This document shows, in pieces, positions 49,478 through 58,671 of a DNA stretch of 64,000 nucleotides. The first letter of the stretch is position 1, and every line of letters starts with the position of its first letter. The stretch lies in contig CBDASK010000003.1 in the NCBI GenBank assembly GCA_965199495.1, positions 3,552,001 through 3,616,000 on the forward strand, written 5' to 3'. The translations under genes were made by a program, and so were the position numbers. The stretch comes from Abditibacterium sp. Lineage in GTDB: Bacteria > Armatimonadota > Abditibacteriia > Abditibacteriales > Abditibacteriaceae. Below the pieces are notes generated by a model. It did no database searches, was not told the DNA's origin, and was given only the letters and a program-made list of their open reading frames with translations.

Positions 49478-49855
49478 TTACTTCTTATTGGCGAATTGCT
49501 TCTCCAAGTTTTTCTCAAGCGCATAAACTTCGATTTGTTCGGCGGCTTCGACGTTCAAATCGCAATACGAGCGCGCGACGATACAGCCGCACAAATCGCC
49601 GATGACAGTTTCGATTTCGTCGTGATTAATCGAGCGCAGTTCTTGGCGCGCGCTCTTGATGAGCTTGCGCCCTTCGTCGGACGCCGACAAATGCGCTTCG
49701 ATGGGCGTGAAAATCTGCGAGCAACGCACGAGAATCATATCGCCGACCAAAAAGGCGCGCACCTCGCCGGGGCCGCGCCCCTGTTGCTCGCGATGAAATC
49801 GCGTGATGGCAGCAGCCACGTCGGCTTCGAGCGCGCCTTTGCTGGGGAAACTCAT
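49478..49855 (-). CDS. DUF2294 (MpsC-like) protein
   Basis: GRGP..VRAFLVGDMILVR..IFTPIE..L...EGRKLIK..R pattern. Confidence 0.85.
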   Translation of the reverse strand: MSFPSKGALEADVAAAITRFHREQQGRGPGEVRAFLVGDMILVRCSQIFTPIEAHLSASDEGRKLIKSARQELRSINHDEIETVIGDLCGCIVARSYCDLNVEAAEQIEVYALEKNLEKQFANKK

Positions 49856-49898
49856 CCGCCTAAGTTAAGCGTAAACCGTTCGTGCGCTCTCACCAGAT

Positions 49899-50495
49899 TT
49901 ACGAAGATTTGGGCAATGCAATATCGCACGCGTCGGCGGGCATCCAATGTTTCTCTTTGCCGTCCCATTTCACGTTGCAACCGATGGGATTAGTGAGCGG
50001 CGTTTCGACTTCGCGGTTTTCCAACAACGCATCAACGGCATCGCGCAATTCGTGCGTGGTTTCGCTGCCGGGATTGCGCGGATTGTCATCCATGCGACCG
50101 GTGTAGCGCAGTTTGCGATCGGCGTCGAAAACATAAAAATGTGGCGTGCGCAACGCGCCATAAGCGCGAGCCACGTCCTGCGATTCGTCGCGCAGATAGG
50201 GAAATTGAAAGCCGCGTTCCTGAACGCGCGCTTTCATGTGTTCAAAACTGTCGTCGGCGTAGGTGTTTTGCGAATTCGAGTTAATCGCGACGTAAGCCAC
50301 GCCTTTGTCGTGATAATCGCGAGTGAAATCTAACACGCGTTGCTCGGAATTAATCACATACGGACAATGATTGCAGGTAAAGGCGATGACGAGAATGGGC
50401 GCGTCACGGAAATTTTCGAGCGAGTAGGTTTGGCCGTTGGTGGCGGGCAGGGAAAAATTGGGGGCGGAGTCGCCGATTTGTAGGGTAAATGCCAT
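49899..50495 (-). CDS. Thioredoxin-like redoxin (AhpC/TSA-like)
   Basis: [33 protein letters not shown]. Confidence 0.88.
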   Translation of the reverse strand: MAFTLQIGDSAPNFSLPATNGQTYSLENFRDAPILVIAFTCNHCPYVINSEQRVLDFTRDYHDKGVAYVAINSNSQNTYADDSFEHMKARVQERGFQFPYLRDESQDVARAYGALRTPHFYVFDADRKLRYTGRMDDNPRNPGSETTHELRDAVDALLENREVETPLTNPIGCNVKWDGKEKHWMPADACDIALPKSS

Positions 50496-50572
50496 TGGTA
50501 AAATCCTGTTGGTGCTTTGCCGGGAAAGCGGTAGATTGAATGAGGGCGCCAAATGCGCGCCAAACTTATTCG

Positions 50573-51457
50573 ATGAAAATTTTAGTCACAGGTGCCGCCG
50601 GAAGAGTCGGTTCTTTTGTCGCGCGCGATCTGCTCGAAGCCGGGCACAGCGTGCGCATTTTCGATCAAACCGCGCCCGCCGCCGATTTGCGCGAAAAGTG
50701 CGAAGTCGTTTATGGCGACATCACCGACCGTTTGGCGTTGCTGCGCGCGTGCGAGGGCATCGAAGCCATCGCGCATCTGGCGGCGATTCCCGATCCGATG
50801 GGCCGCAACGCAATTGAACTGTTCGCGCCCAACGTTCTGGGCACACAACTGGTTTTGGACGCCGCGCAGGCCCACGACATCAAGCGCGTGGCTTTGGCGT
50901 CGAGTATCTCGATTTATGGTTTCGCCTTTCAAAAAAGTGGCGATTTGCAACCCGATTATCTGCCGATTGATGTCGCGCATCCGCTTCCGATTGAAGATGT
51001 TTACGCGCTTTCCAAACAATGCAACGAGCTGACGGCGCAGATGTATTCGCGGCGCGACGGCATGGCGACGACTTGTTTGCGTCTGGCGTGGGTCGTTGAT
51101 TTGGAAAAACCCAATCGTTGGATGCGGCGGCGCATCGAAAATGCCGCCGATTTCAAAGATAACGGATTTTGGAGTTACATTGACGTGCGCGATGCGGCGC
51201 GCGCGTTTCGGTTGGCGCTGGAACGGGTCGAAACTGGCCATCACGTTTTGCTGCTGACGGCGCGCGATCTGTTGGCCGAAACGCAGCCACGCGCACTGAT
51301 AGAGCGGCACTTTCCCGCGCTGTTGCCTTCGATGGATGGCGATTTCGACTTCGCGCGCTACGGGTTTTGGGATACGCGCCGCGCCACCGAATTGTTGGGC
51401 TGGGAATCGAAGTTTCACTGGCGCGAAGCGTTGGACGCCCAAAGCGAGCAAACTTAA
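50573..51457 (+). CDS. NAD-dependent epimerase/dehydratase
   Basis: [13 protein letters not shown]. Confidence 0.88.
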   Translation: MKILVTGAAGRVGSFVARDLLEAGHSVRIFDQTAPAADLREKCEVVYGDITDRLALLRACEGIEAIAHLAAIPDPMGRNAIELFAPNVLGTQLVLDAAQAHDIKRVALASSISIYGFAFQKSGDLQPDYLPIDVAHPLPIEDVYALSKQCNELTAQMYSRRDGMATTCLRLAWVVDLEKPNRWMRRRIENAADFKDNGFWSYIDVRDAARAFRLALERVETGHHVLLLTARDLLAETQPRALIERHFPALLPSMDGDFDFARYGFWDTRRATELLGWESKFHWREALDAQSEQT

Positions 51458-51461
51458 GTTT

Positions 51462-52193
51462 ATGCTGCTGAATTTCTTCGCCTCCGATTGGCATACCAAC
51501 TACGATTTGCTGCGCGTCAAAGACGCCTTTATCGAAACCATTGACCCCAAACGCGAAGTCGAAATCGTGATAATGCACGGCTGGCACTCGCTTTACACGC
51601 CGATGATCGGGTTGGAAAACGCTCTGCGCGAACGCATTCCCAACGCGCGTTTGTGGCGCACGACCTACGATTCGCACTGGAAAACGTTCGGCCAGAGCGC
51701 GCGCCAGATTCGCGATTTGTTGCGCGAACAAAACGTCAAAGAGCGGGACACGTTGCTCATCGGATACAGCATGGGCGGCGTGGTTTGTCGTTCGATGATT
51801 CAAAACGGTTTCGAGGCGCGCGGCGTTTTGAGCTTGTGTTCGCCGCATCTGGGCGCGGCACCGTGGATGCCTGCGGGCGATGTCGGCAGCTTTTCCATCG
51901 CACCGTGGAGCCGCAAATTGGCGCGTCTTAACAACAGCAAGCGCGACATCGAGCGGCGCAACGATTATTTTTTTCAGGCGATTACCTTTACCGACGCTTC
52001 GGGTTATTGCCGTCACGACCGCATCGTGGCGCAGCGTAGCGCGTTGGCTTACGGTCTGGAGGGCGATTTCCAAACGCACACGACCAAGTTGAATTACGAA
52101 GGTATCGCGCCCGATTGCCAGCCGCACATTCAGGGTATGAACCCGGCGCGGTTGGACGTGGCGCTGGAATGGGCGCAAGAAAAATTGGCTTGA
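51462..52193 (+). CDS. Alpha/beta hydrolase (lipase/esterase-like)
   Basis: MHGW, GYSMGG nucleophile elbow, SPHLG, HDRIV. Confidence 0.8.
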   Translation: MLLNFFASDWHTNYDLLRVKDAFIETIDPKREVEIVIMHGWHSLYTPMIGLENALRERIPNARLWRTTYDSHWKTFGQSARQIRDLLREQNVKERDTLLIGYSMGGVVCRSMIQNGFEARGVLSLCSPHLGAAPWMPAGDVGSFSIAPWSRKLARLNNSKRDIERRNDYFFQAITFTDASGYCRHDRIVAQRSALAYGLEGDFQTHTTKLNYEGIAPDCQPHIQGMNPARLDVALEWAQEKLA

Positions 52194-52228
52194 AAGCAAT
52201 CGCTTAGTGAATTTTGTGGTTGAAAAAA

Positions 52229-53848
52229 TTATTCCGCCGCGTAAACCACGGTGCGATTGTCGCCTTGACCGGCGCTAAATAGCGGTTTGAGTCCCAGCTT
52301 CGGCGAAAGTGAACGGCCCCCGACGGCGCGTTGGAATGCGCGTTCGTAGGGGCCTTCCAAAACCCAGCGAATCTGGTTGCCCGCGAATAATTGGCGCGCT
52401 TCGTCGAGCGACATTTGGCCGCTAAAATAGCGTTGGGTTGCTGGCAATTTCACCTTTTCCATGTGGAGCGATTCGGCCCAGTGCCCGGCGTAGGTGTATT
52501 TGCCCGTCACGCGCGGCAGATAGCCGCCGACGAACGGCAAACACAAAACCGCGCCCTGCTGCGGTTGGCTTTCGATGAAGCGCAGCGCCGCGACATCGCT
52601 GTTGTGCAGGTAAACCGTCGGCATGAAATATGGGTCGCGCGCGGCGTTGTTGGTGGCGGCGTTGTCCAAAATCCAGCCGGTCGTCACCAACGGCGAAATC
52701 GCCAACACCGCGACGGTGGCCATCATCGCCAATGGGCGTTTGAGAGCGGCCAGACCAGCGCCGCCCAAAACCAGCAACGGCAACTGCCAACCTTCGATCA
52801 TCTTGCGTCCGAACGAAATGTAAACCAGCGGTTGATAAACTATCGCGATGACAATCAACGCCCACAAAACTAATAAATTGCGCGCGCGACGATAATCTTT
52901 GAGCGCGAACCAACCCATGATGGCCAGAATCAATAACGGCGCGTAGGAAACTAAGGTGTGTCCAATCGGCAACGCTGGCGTGGCTGATAGGGCTTTGATG
53001 CGGAACTCTTCCGAGTTGGCGAAGACGAACAGTTGATAAAGCACCGGCAACGCCGCGCCCGCCGTGGCTGCCAGGGCGCGACCCGCGCTGGCGCGATCTG
53101 TTTTATTGTTAGCAATCGCCCAAATAATCGCGATGACCATGAGCGGCAACGCGTCGTAGGTGTGAATGTTAGAAAGCGCCAGCGCGCCCAGCGCGGCGGG
53201 CCACCATTGGCCCCGCAGGATATGGCGCATCACCAGCAGCAATAATCCCAGCGAAACGATGTTGAGCGGGTAAATCAGTGCCGACAGAGTGAAGAACGCT
53301 TCGGGCATGAGCGGCCACGTCGGGTTGTCGGCGCGATCAATCCAGATGAGCGGCCCCAAAAGTTGCGGGGAAATCGAGGCGACGAAACCCGCGCCCGTGG
53401 TAAAAGCCGCCAGCGCCAACGCGCCCAGACGCGCGTTTTCGCGGTCGGGTGCGCCATCCGTCACTTCCCAACCCAGCAAATGCAACTGCCACAGCGCCCA
53501 CGCCGCGCCAGCCACGCGCACGCTTTGATACCAAAACACCACTTCCAATCCGCTCAATCGCGACAGCCAACCGATAATGAGCATTAAACCGTTGACAAAT
53601 AGCGGTTTGGTGCCATTGACCAAACCTTCGGTCGTGAACAGGTCGCGCATGAAAAACTCGCCGTCGCGCGCTTGGCGCGCCCACATCAGATGCACATTTT
53701 GGTCATCGGTCGAAAATAACAGCCCGCCCCAGGTAAAACCCGGCGGCGTGATCGCGAAGGCCCAGACGTAGGGCAAAATGATACAAAAAAGAAACGCGAG
53801 GAGAATAATCCATCCCCAGCGTTTTTCGCGGTCGGAAAGCGGAAGCAC
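52229..53848 (-). CDS. Polytopic membrane protein (possibly GT-C glycosyltransferase-like)
   Basis: Many TM helices, acidic DD after TM1, soluble C-terminal domain; function tentative. Confidence 0.6.
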   Translation of the reverse strand: MLPLSDREKRWGWIILLAFLFCIILPYVWAFAITPPGFTWGGLLFSTDDQNVHLMWARQARDGEFFMRDLFTTEGLVNGTKPLFVNGLMLIIGWLSRLSGLEVVFWYQSVRVAGAAWALWQLHLLGWEVTDGAPDRENARLGALALAAFTTGAGFVASISPQLLGPLIWIDRADNPTWPLMPEAFFTLSALIYPLNIVSLGLLLLVMRHILRGQWWPAALGALALSNIHTYDALPLMVIAIIWAIANNKTDRASAGRALAATAGAALPVLYQLFVFANSEEFRIKALSATPALPIGHTLVSYAPLLILAIMGWFALKDYRRARNLLVLWALIVIAIVYQPLVYISFGRKMIEGWQLPLLVLGGAGLAALKRPLAMMATVAVLAISPLVTTGWILDNAATNNAARDPYFMPTVYLHNSDVAALRFIESQPQQGAVLCLPFVGGYLPRVTGKYTYAGHWAESLHMEKVKLPATQRYFSGQMSLDEARQLFAGNQIRWVLEGPYERAFQRAVGGRSLSPKLGLKPLFSAGQGDNRTVVYAAE

Positions 53849-53901
53849 TTTTATAGTTTAGTTCTTGTGCCGCGCGCCTCGCGCCGCCAAACTGTGCGTC
53901 C

Positions 53902-54303
53902 ATGCCCCGCAAAAATCCCGGCGATTTGCCCGAAGGTTCGCCCGAACCGTCCGACTCCAACGACGAAGACGATCTGCCTCAACCCTTCAACGCGCGGTTG
54001 GTGCGCGTCGTGCGCACCCCATCGAGCGAGAGCTTTATCATCTGGCAGGACGATACGCGTCTGGGTCAAGTTGATATTCACTACGGCTGGGATATTATTC
54101 ACGCCACGCTGATTTTGGAAACCGATTTGAGTGAAGACGATCAGGCGGGCCTCGTCGAATTGATTGACGAGGACGCCGTGGCTTCCCATCTGCCGCGCTT
54201 TTCGCGCGAAGATTTTTTGGTCACCGTCTTTCGCGCCGAAGAGTTGGAACCGTTCTCCGACGGCCCCGACCCCGAAGAATTGGAAGAAGACGAAGATTTT
54301 TAG
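53902..54303 (+). CDS. Acidic hypothetical protein
   Basis: 133-aa ORF with host-like codon usage. Confidence 0.65.
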   Translation: MPRKNPGDLPEGSPEPSDSNDEDDLPQPFNARLVRVVRTPSSESFIIWQDDTRLGQVDIHYGWDIIHATLILETDLSEDDQAGLVELIDEDAVASHLPRFSREDFLVTVFRAEELEPFSDGPDPEELEEDEDF

Positions 54304-54327
54304 AAGATTTTATCCGTAGATTCTACG

Positions 54328-54491
54328 TTTAAATTTCTCGTTTTTGTCATTCTGAGCGAAGAGAGGAACGAACGAAGTCGAAGAATCCATTAGTCGCGAG
54401 TTGACTTCGCTTTGGTCTCGTCCAGAGTTATGGATTCTTCGACTGCGTTCGTGCCTCTCTTCGCACCCATGACAAAAACGAGAAATTTAAA
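54328..54491. repeat. TGTC-tagged palindromic element (11550 family)
   Basis: TGTCATTCTGAGCGAAGAGAGGAACGAACGAAGTCGAAGAATCCAT and an imperfect inverse. Confidence 0.88.
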
Positions 54492-54581
54492 GTGTGCGCC
54501 CTGTTTATGCCCGACATTGCCACTTCGCGCCACTTGGAAGTAAAATTTTACCGTAAGAAAAAACGAGACGAGTTGTAATTT

Positions 54582-55271
54582 ATGGAAAATTTGCCTTCCC
54601 CGGAAACTTTAGTCAACGAACTGCTGGCGCGCGGCGCCACGATGGAAGAAGTCGCTCGCCTCAAAGACCCGTCGGCCAATACGCCCGATGAGGCGCTCGA
54701 CGCGCTGCGAGATGGCAACCAACGCTTTTATGTCGGCACGCCAGAACGTGTTTTTACCGATGTCAATTTGCGCCGTTCGCAGATTATGTCGCAGACGCCG
54801 TTCGCGGTGATTCTGGGGTGCGCCGATTCGCGCGTGCCCATCGAAATCGTTTTCGATCAGGGGCCGGGCGATATTTTTTCGATTCGCGTGGCCGGTAACG
54901 TCGTTGACGGCTCCAGTCTGGGCAGCGTGCAATATGCCGTGCGTCATCTCAAAGTTCACCTGATTGTGGTGCTGGGCCACGAGGGTTGTGGCGCGGTTTC
55001 GGCGGCGCTACTTAGCGAAGATCAGCGCAATCAGGAGCCAGAAGCCGTGCAAGGTCTGCTCGATTTGATCACGCCCGCGCTCAACGATTTGCCGCCGATT
55101 CGCGACAACAAAGCGCGCATGAGAGAAGCCGTTGTGCTCAACGTCCGGCTGCAAAAAGCTGCGTTAGAACGCGACTCCCTCATCGCCGAGGCCGTTGCAT
55201 CAGGGCAGGTCAAAGTCGTCGGCGCCTTTTACGAAATCGGTAGCGGCGCAGTGGATTTCTTGGACGATTGA
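54582..55271 (+). CDS. Beta-class carbonic anhydrase
   Basis: GCADSRV, RVAGN, GHEGCGAV. Confidence 0.93.
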   Translation: MENLPSPETLVNELLARGATMEEVARLKDPSANTPDEALDALRDGNQRFYVGTPERVFTDVNLRRSQIMSQTPFAVILGCADSRVPIEIVFDQGPGDIFSIRVAGNVVDGSSLGSVQYAVRHLKVHLIVVLGHEGCGAVSAALLSEDQRNQEPEAVQGLLDLITPALNDLPPIRDNKARMREAVVLNVRLQKAALERDSLIAEAVASGQVKVVGAFYEIGSGAVDFLDD

Positions 55272-55283
55272 GAAGTTGAATTT

Positions 55284-55306
55284 GTAGGGGCTTGCCGCGC
55301 AAGCCC
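55284..55306 (+). repeat. Single GTAG REP
   Basis: GTAGGGGCTTGCCGCGCAAGCCC, same unit as 1017-1038. Confidence 0.75.
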
Positions 55307-55343
55307 TTCTCTTGAGAATTTCAAGAGGATTCAAGAACATTTA

Positions 55344-55610
55344 TCAGCGCCGCACTTTGACAGCTTTGTTTGGGTCTTGCTTGCCAATCCACGCGAGAAA
55401 CTTTTCCATGCGCGGTTCGGCTCGCAGTTTGTCGGCGCTGTCGAAATGCGCGGCCAGTTCGTCGTTGGTAAACAGCGCGTGAATCTGGCGATGACAGGCG
55501 CTACAAATCCAAATCGTCGGCGTGCGCTCGCCTTTTTTGAGCTTGGAACGCGGCTTGAGATGATGTTCGGTCAGCTTCTCGACATCGCGCCGACAGAGCT
55601 TGCAAGTCAT
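55344..55610 (-). CDS. Small HNH endonuclease-family protein
   Basis: CKLC...TEHHLKP...CSACHRQIH. Confidence 0.85.
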   Translation of the reverse strand: MTCKLCRRDVEKLTEHHLKPRSKLKKGERTPTIWICSACHRQIHALFTNDELAAHFDSADKLRAEPRMEKFLAWIGKQDPNKAVKVRR

Positions 55611-55686
55611 AATCGGCGGATTTGCAAAATGGGCGCCTTGTCAAACAACGAAACATTCTGCATTACGGAGTTTCTCTTTGATTAAT

Positions 55687-55802
55687 TTGTCATTTCGAGC
55701 TTGGCGAGAAATCTTACGCCATCGCGGCAGCGAAAATTGAAATGACTTTTGACTTCCACTGGCGCGGGGCCGTAAGATTTCTCGCCAAGCTCGAAATGAC
55801 AA
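55687..55802. repeat. 116-bp TGTC-tagged palindrome left of the GIY-YIG gene
   Basis: 32-bp perfect arms TTGTCATTTCGAGCTTGGCGAGAAATCTTACG. Confidence 0.92.
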
Positions 55803-55827
55803 TAGCCCGCGAGGAAGATAGTAAATT

Positions 55828-56115
55828 TCAAAAATCGGCGCTTAAATCGCGCCTCTCTACATTCATTCCGTCAATCAAACTTTCTTTTTTAACGCGCGAC
55901 CATTTTTTGATTTGCTTCTCGCGTTCGATAGCGTCACGCACATCGCCGTATATTTCGTAATACATCAGACGATCAACGTTGTATTTTTCGGTAAATCCCT
56001 GAGTGCATTTATTTTTGTGCTGATCTATCCTACGAACTAAATTACTGGTAACGCCAACATACAGCGTGCCAGTAAAGCTACTGAGAATATAAACATAATA
56101 AGTGCGTTCTCGCAC
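55828..56115 (-). CDS. Small GIY-YIG nuclease (COG2827-like)
   Basis: YVYIL...TLYVGVTSNLVRRIDQHK...GFTEKYNV...AIEREKQIKKWSR; GTG start inferred. Confidence 0.9.
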   Translation of the reverse strand: MRERTYYVYILSSFTGTLYVGVTSNLVRRIDQHKNKCTQGFTEKYNVDRLMYYEIYGDVRDAIEREKQIKKWSRVKKESLIDGMNVERRDLSADF

Positions 56116-56158
56116 GGTGTTACTAATTTGCTTTAATTGCTTAATTATTACGGCATCG

Positions 56159-56322
56159 GCGTTATCACGCAAGGCGCCCACATTGTCATTTCGAGCTTGG
56201 CGAGAAATCTTACGGCCCCGCGCCAGCGGAAGTCAAAAGTCATTTCAATTTTCGCTGCCGCGATGGCGTAAGATTTCTCGCCAAGCTCGAAATGACAATG
56301 TGGGCGCCTTGCGTGATAACGC
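56159..56322. repeat. Right-hand copy of the 116-bp palindrome (56183-56298) with extended arms
   Basis: 56-bp perfect arms; loop is the reverse complement of the left copy's loop with one mismatch. Confidence 0.92.
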
Positions 56323-56340
56323 GGGCACCTTCATCCTTTC

Positions 56341-57675
56341 CTAAAGCCGCGCCGCAATGCGAAATATTGCGTTGGCGAGCTTGCCGGGATGATGGCGCAC
56401 GACGTTGGAAACATCCAAAAACGGGCCGTGAATCGGGCGCACGCCCAGCAATTCCAATTCGCTTTCGTCAATGGCAACCGGTTGGGCGCCAGTACCTTTG
56501 TAGCGTTCCAACATCGCGGGTGGAATCGGGGTTGAGTTGAGCAAAACGTGCGTAATCACGCCCTGACCGATGTGGCGTGTGATGGCGCGCACATGATCGG
56601 CGGCGCTCATGCCCAGCGTTTCGTTGGGCTGCGTCATCACGTTGCACACGTAAATTTTGGGCGCGCGGCTCGCTTTGAGCGCCTCGGCGATTTCGGGCAC
56701 CAACAAATTCGGGATAATCGAAGTAAAGAGCGAACCCGGCCCGATGATAATGATTTCGGCCTCGCGAATCGCCTCGACGGCGCCGGGCAGGGCGGGCGGA
56801 TCGGCGGGCGAAATCGAGACGCACAAAATATCGTGCGCCTTGTTGACGTTGGCCTGACCCTGAATGGTTTCGCCGCTTTTGGTTTCGGCGCTCAGACGAA
56901 TATCTTCGATAGTCGAGGGCAAAACGCGCCCGCGAATCGCCAGAACTTTGGAAACTTCGCGCACGGCGGCGTCGAAATCGCCGGTCTTTTCATACATCGC
57001 CGCCACGAACAGATTGCCCAGCGAATGGCCTTTGAGTTCGCCCAGACCGGTAAAACGATGTTGAAACAGATCGGTCATCAACGGCTCGGCTTCGGCGAGG
57101 GCGGCGATGCAGTTGCGCAAGTCGCCCGGCGGTAGCATTCCATGTTTGCGCAGTTCGCCCGACGAGCCGCCATCGTCGGCCATTGTCACAATCGCGGTGA
57201 TGTTACTGCTGTAAACCTTGAGGCCGCGCAGCATCGTCGAAAGTCCGGTTCCCCCGCCCAGCGCCACGATGCGCTCGCCGCTATCGAGGCGGCGACGTTT
57301 CATGGCGACATCGAGAAAGTTCGAGTGCGTTTCGTTGGAGTAGACCCGCGAAATCGAGCGATAAATCCCGCTGACACCTACAGCCACGCCTGCCGCGCCC
57401 AGCACCAAACAGGCCACGCCCAGCCTGACCGAATCGATCAAATGTCCGGTTAAGCCGTCAATGGCTGTGACAACATCCAGGGAAAAATCAACCGCGCGAT
57501 AGGCAAACGCCAGCGCCGCACCAAAAATCGAGACGACCAGTCCCGTCAGCGCCATCAACGCCCAGCGCTTGACGCCCAGCCCGATGGTGAGCCATTGCTG
57601 CAAGCGATGCCCCAACCCCGGCGGCGGCGCGGGCGCCGGGAGTTCTTTGAGTTCGTCCGGCGCCTGCGCGATCAT
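56341..57675 (-). CDS. yvcK: Gluconeogenesis factor YvcK family protein with N-terminal TMs
   Basis: GGGTGL, DDGGSSG, PPGDLRNC, GHSLGN, GPGSLFTS. Confidence 0.92.
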   Translation of the reverse strand: MIAQAPDELKELPAPAPPPGLGHRLQQWLTIGLGVKRWALMALTGLVVSIFGAALAFAYRAVDFSLDVVTAIDGLTGHLIDSVRLGVACLVLGAAGVAVGVSGIYRSISRVYSNETHSNFLDVAMKRRRLDSGERIVALGGGTGLSTMLRGLKVYSSNITAIVTMADDGGSSGELRKHGMLPPGDLRNCIAALAEAEPLMTDLFQHRFTGLGELKGHSLGNLFVAAMYEKTGDFDAAVREVSKVLAIRGRVLPSTIEDIRLSAETKSGETIQGQANVNKAHDILCVSISPADPPALPGAVEAIREAEIIIIGPGSLFTSIIPNLLVPEIAEALKASRAPKIYVCNVMTQPNETLGMSAADHVRAITRHIGQGVITHVLLNSTPIPPAMLERYKGTGAQPVAIDESELELLGVRPIHGPFLDVSNVVRHHPGKLANAIFRIAARL

Positions 57676-58661
57676 TGGGCGTCACCGCGGGCGCTTTCAT
57701 TAAGCGCGGGCGCCACCTCGAACGTCTGCGATTGCGGCCCGGCTTGTCCGTTGCTCTCATTCGTCGAACGCCCATTTTTTGGCTCCGGTTCGCCCGTATT
57801 GAGCGGCGCGTGCGCCGCCAAGTCGCGGTGCGAAGCGGCCACGCGGTGGCCCTTGGCTTCCAACTGCGCGGCCAGCCAATTGGTCAGCGCCACGCTGCGA
57901 TGGCGCCCGCCAGTGCAGCCGACGGCAATCGTCAAATAGGCTTTGCCCTCGGCCTCGAATTGGGGAATCAGAAATTCGAGAAAATCTTCCCAGCGCCGCA
58001 AAAACTCCTGCGTGATTTCCGGCGCCATCACGTAATCAACGATCGGCTGACAGAAACCATCCAAATGCCCGATGTCGCGGTCATAATTGGGATTGGGCAA
58101 AAATCGCACGTCGAAAACCAGATCGGCTCCGGCGTGTGGCCCGTGCTTGAACCCGAAACTCTCGACCTGAATCAACATGCCCGGCGCGTCGTTTTCGTCC
58201 ACAAAAGTGCGTTGCAATTCGTCGCGCAGTTCGCGCGGCGTGACGCGCGAAGTGTTAATCACTTTATCGGCGCGCTGGCGCAGTGGCACCAAAAGTTCGC
58301 GCTCGCGTTCGATGGCGGCGGCCAAACCTTCGCTGTCGCTATCAAGCGGATGCTTGCGCCGCGTTTCTTTAAATCGCTTGATGAGAGCGTCGTCGTCGCA
58401 GTCGAGGAACAGAATTTTCAGGTCAAGCGAAGTCTGTTGCAGCGCGTCAATGGCGCCCATCAATTCGGAAAAGAACTCGCCGCCGCGCACGTCCACGATA
58501 AGTGCGGCCTTGCCGATTTTGCCGCGCTCCAAAAGTTCGGCGAACGAATGAATCAACATCGGCGGCAGGTTGTCCACGCAGAAGTAGCCGAAATCCTCGA
58601 AGTGCCGCGTGGCCAAACCTTTGCCCGCGCCCGATAAACCGGTGATGACGATGAGTTGCAT
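57672..58661 (-). CDS. rapZ: RNase adapter RapZ/YvcJ
   Basis: TGLSGAGK, VDNLPP, ETRRKHP, SFGFKHG, DVRFLPNP, GCTGGRHRSV. Confidence 0.94.
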   Translation of the reverse strand: MQLIVITGLSGAGKGLATRHFEDFGYFCVDNLPPMLIHSFAELLERGKIGKAALIVDVRGGEFFSELMGAIDALQQTSLDLKILFLDCDDDALIKRFKETRRKHPLDSDSEGLAAAIERERELLVPLRQRADKVINTSRVTPRELRDELQRTFVDENDAPGMLIQVESFGFKHGPHAGADLVFDVRFLPNPNYDRDIGHLDGFCQPIVDYVMAPEITQEFLRRWEDFLEFLIPQFEAEGKAYLTIAVGCTGGRHRSVALTNWLAAQLEAKGHRVAASHRDLAAHAPLNTGEPEPKNGRSTNESNGQAGPQSQTFEVAPALNESARGDAQ

Positions 58662-58671
58662 AATTTAAAAT

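Noticed and set aside
1669..58637. Long alternative-frame ORFs (e.g. 1673-2944, 14497-15684, 37878-38900, 45089-46429, 57675-58637)
   Set aside because: Shadow ORFs of GC-rich genes, fully overlapping recognisable proteins and lacking motifs.
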